From: an uncultured Candidatus Saccharibacteria bacterium
GTDB taxonomy: Bacteria; Patescibacteriota; Saccharimonadia; Saccharimonadales; CAYZZS01
Assembly: GCA_964483035.1 (NCBI GenBank)
Contig: CAYZZS010000004.1
Location: 10,081-74,080, forward strand
DNA: 64,000 bases
Direction of reading: 5' to 3'
The first letter of the stretch is position 1. The number at the start of each line of letters is the position of its first letter. The translations under genes were made by a program, and so were the position numbers. Positions 61,468 through 64,000 of this stretch are shown piece by piece. The notes under the pieces are model-generated. The model worked only from the letters and a program-made list of their open reading frames with translations. It was not told the origin of the DNA and made no database searches.

Positions 61468-62496
61468 TTAACGAGATTTAGGCTTACTGCGTGACCACGT
61501 ATTATGTACGATGCTGCCGACTCTCTCTTCGATATGTTCTTGCCAAAAGTCAACCACTGCGTCCTGGGACTCACCAATGTGAATCGCCCTGGCTTTGGCA
61601 CGAGCGGCTCTTAGGACCATGGAGGTGATGCGTGGCGAGCTATTCTTGAGCATAAAGGCCTCATCGGTGGGTAATTTTTCAACACTTTGCGGCTTAATAG
61701 TAATCCCGTTGCCTAGGCGTATGGTATTCCGGGATCCGGCTGGCTCTCGAAGCGTGTGTAGGATTTCTGCGAAGTGCACAAGCGATTTGCCGGGTCCGTC
61801 CATAATCCATTCCGATAATTCTGGGAGCTGCTTGAACGAGTTTTCTGCGATTTGCGCCAATTTTTCGCTGTCTTTGGGCCGGAGTCCTGAGATTGACCGG
61901 GTCAGGTAGTTGAGGGCTGTGGAGCCAATGTGCGGTACCGGTATGAGTGAGGAGCTGTTCTTTCCGATGCGCACATACCAGGTCTCCAGGGTGCCCAGAT
62001 CGAGCGGAACGCTGAACGGGAACAGTGCTTTTTGGGCCTCGGTGATTGTATCGTCCTCTTCTTTGACATATCGGTCGGCTAAGTGGACTTTTCTGGTGCT
62101 GGTGATAGGGTGCTTTCTCTGCTCCTCAAGCTGCGCCAGATTCTTTAGGCCAAAGAATGACAGCTTCAGTTCATCGCCGATTGTTTTCTCGCCGATTTCC
62201 TCTGCTCGCTTGACCACATCTTCATCAGTTGAAAGTACCAAGACGTCCATATCTCGGCGGCTGGCCCGTCTGACGCCGCGTTTTGTTTTGCGCGGGCGGA
62301 ACTGCGTGACTTCCAACCCTTCCGGCGCGACAACTTCTTTATCTTCAAAACCCGATATTTGTACTTCCGGATTAGTCAGTGCCGCTGATCCGATCCCCCC
62401 GATTACCTGATAGTTCGTAAACTTCTCTTCCTCCATGGCCTCCACGAACGGGCGGATGAGGTCTACACAATTTTTACCTAGATCCGGTCTACTCAC
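61468..62496 (-). CDS. Hypothetical protein
   Basis: 342-aa ORF. I recognise no motif. Confidence 0.55.
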   Translation of the reverse strand: MSRPDLGKNCVDLIRPFVEAMEEEKFTNYQVIGGIGSAALTNPEVQISGFEDKEVVAPEGLEVTQFRPRKTKRGVRRASRRDMDVLVLSTDEDVVKRAEEIGEKTIGDELKLSFFGLKNLAQLEEQRKHPITSTRKVHLADRYVKEEDDTITEAQKALFPFSVPLDLGTLETWYVRIGKNSSSLIPVPHIGSTALNYLTRSISGLRPKDSEKLAQIAENSFKQLPELSEWIMDGPGKSLVHFAEILHTLREPAGSRNTIRLGNGITIKPQSVEKLPTDEAFMLKNSSPRITSMVLRAARAKARAIHIGESQDAVVDFWQEHIEERVGSIVHNTWSRSKPKSR

Positions 62497-62587
62497 TGTT
62501 ATTCCCCTTTTCTCAAGTGCCTGGCGGCGACCAGAGCAGCGTTACTTTTCGGCAAGTATACGTTATTTTTTAAGTTGGCAATAATGC

Positions 62588-63385
62588 TTAAGGTTGCAAT
62601 ACGCCGGTCGTCAATGCTTCAAATGGCTTTGAAGGATTTTGCAGCCACCAGACACTGGTGTGGGCGGCAGTTTTAACTCGCCAGGCCTCCTGTTCTGTGA
62701 CTGCTGTGAGTGAAACCTTGCCGCTGCTGGCAACGATCTTATGATTGAGGTGTTGCAGGACAATGTTTGCAGGGTACGCCGCCATCAGCTGTATCAGCGC
62801 TTCGCTCAACTGCACCACGCCCATGCTGAAGGTGAACGCTTGTGGTGTCTTGGCTTCTTTGCAGAGTTTCTGTAATTGCGCGATGGTACAGACAATAGTG
62901 GTTTCTGGGCGATCAAGCAGTGCCAGCGGACTGGTGTAGAAGAGGTCGACTGCATCCTTGGTGATGGTGACCTGTCCGGAAAATTTCTGTAAGAAAGTCT
63001 CGAGCAATGCCGCGGTCTCAGAGTTGCGGCCGAGGTCGCCGGCGACTAAAACGCCGTCTGCCCAGGCTGCATGTTCGAGCATTTCCGCAAGCGCTTGCTT
63101 GCCGAAGCTGCCGCTCGGGGTGCTTGGGGCAAATTCGCCGTTCTCGAGCAGATTACCCACAGTCCGCTTCAGGGCGTCAGGCAGCAATACCCGAGCGGTA
63201 CCAATTCCGGACTTAACTGACTCCTTGTATGCCGCGGCTGGTGCGGCAAAGCCATGAAGATTGCCGCCGATAATTAGTAGCTTGCCGGCTATTAAACGGT
63301 TCTCCGGCCGGCTCCAAAGCAGGTCCGGAAATAGTGGCTTATCTTTGGATTGCCGTAGGAATGAATGTTGCTGCATGTAAATCAC
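62588..63385 (-). CDS. YjeF C-terminal-like carbohydrate kinase / NAD(P)HX dehydratase-like protein
   Basis: LLIIGGNLHGFAAPAAAYKESVKSGIGTARVLLP and GVLVAGDLGRNSE fit a ribokinase-like fold pattern. Confidence is moderate. Confidence 0.45.
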   Translation of the reverse strand: MIYMQQHSFLRQSKDKPLFPDLLWSRPENRLIAGKLLIIGGNLHGFAAPAAAYKESVKSGIGTARVLLPDALKRTVGNLLENGEFAPSTPSGSFGKQALAEMLEHAAWADGVLVAGDLGRNSETAALLETFLQKFSGQVTITKDAVDLFYTSPLALLDRPETTIVCTIAQLQKLCKEAKTPQAFTFSMGVVQLSEALIQLMAAYPANIVLQHLNHKIVASSGKVSLTAVTEQEAWRVKTAAHTSVWWLQNPSKPFEALTTGVLQP

Positions 63386-63392
63386 TCGTTCG

Positions 63393-64000
63393 TTAGAGGT
63401 TCTTGGTCAGGGTATCCATGGCCAGGATATTTTCATTAAACCATTTAATGACGCCGGTGTGGCCTTTGCGCCGCTTAATATGAATACTTATGGGGGTGGT
63501 TGTTTCCCAGTGATTAAATTTCGACAGAACTTCCCGCTGCTTAACAATGTAGTCCAGTCCTCCAAGGACGATACCAAAGTTGGTTGTGGGGGGTTGATGA
63601 AGCTCCTCCCACTCCGCTTGAAGTGATTGCAGGTCGTGTCCGTGGCACATAAACTCTTTCTTTGGATCTATTTTATGCAAAGCTTTGATTATCCCTCTGA
63701 ATGCCAGATTTTTCATAATCAGACGAGCGGCATTGGCGCCTGCGGCAGCGAACATGCCCGGAGCAGTCTCTGGGCTGTGTTTTTGAATGTACCAGGCAAT
63801 ACCCCCGCCAAGGCTGGCGCCAGCGTGCCGATGAATGGGGTGTTCCCTTGCCCGCAGCTGAAAGTCATTTGAGATATCAGCTATAAGTTGCGGCAGCAGC
63901 GTGGCGTCGCCGGCAAGCAAAACATCGTTGTCGTATTCGTATGCCACGACGTCGTGCCCGCACACCAGCAATGATCGGGCGGCAGTTTCAAAATCAGTAA
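63393..64000 (-). CDS. Alpha/beta-hydrolase-like protein (N-terminus beyond window end)
   Basis: The frame stays open to position 64000 (I checked the codons upstream of the TTG at 63971). The G-x-S-x-G context is HAGASLGGG. Confidence 0.55.
   Translation of the reverse strand, partial: TDFETAARSLLVCGHDVVAYEYDNDVLLAGDATLLPQLIADISNDFQLRAREHPIHRHAGASLGGGIAWYIQKHSPETAPGMFAAAGANAARLIMKNLAFRGIIKALHKIDPKKEFMCHGHDLQSLQAEWEELHQPPTTNFGIVLGGLDYIVKQREVLSKFNHWETTTPISIHIKRRKGHTGVIKWFNENILAMDTLTKNL

Overview
The window has two parts. (1) Positions 1 to about 27.6 kb are a siphovirus-type prophage or phage-derived region, cut by the window start. Every protein gene is on the minus strand. Reading right to left: a lysin-like gene, a recombination/replication-like module, a Dam methyltransferase, an 860-bp gene-free hub, glycosyltransferases, terminase S/L, portal, three accessory virion genes, MuF, scaffold, capsid, connectors, major tail, a G/GT chaperone, tape measure and tail tip/fibre. 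No integrase, repressor or reverse transcriptase is visible in this part. The only plus-strand transcription units are two promoter-plus-terminator-bounded non-coding RNA candidates, at about 18.71-18.91 kb and 27.24-27.59 kb. The late operon carries a structured leader ending in a weak terminator-like hairpin with a U run. It also carries three paralogous cassettes in which a -10 box is followed immediately by an intrinsic terminator. I read this as a possibly RNA-centred antitermination or immunity circuit, and it is my best candidate for something undescribed. (2) Positions about 27.9-64 kb are compact host chromosome: pth, der, a pseudouridine synthase, a two-component pair, tRNA-Glu, rlmH, a umuD-like/umuC/SRAP cluster, a coupling-protein-like ATPase, gltX, sortase and tRNA-Leu. 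The many Pro/Ala/Lys-rich disordered extensions fit a reduced-genome Gram-positive-type or Patescibacteria/Saccharibacteria-like host, but that is low-confidence inference. An AT-rich island of about 4.6 kb, carrying a large serine recombinase, abuts tRNA-Glu. A 718-bp gene-free interval (49.28-50.0 kb) is densely structured and unidentified. All calls rest on reading the sequence and the ORF track; no database or folding software was run.
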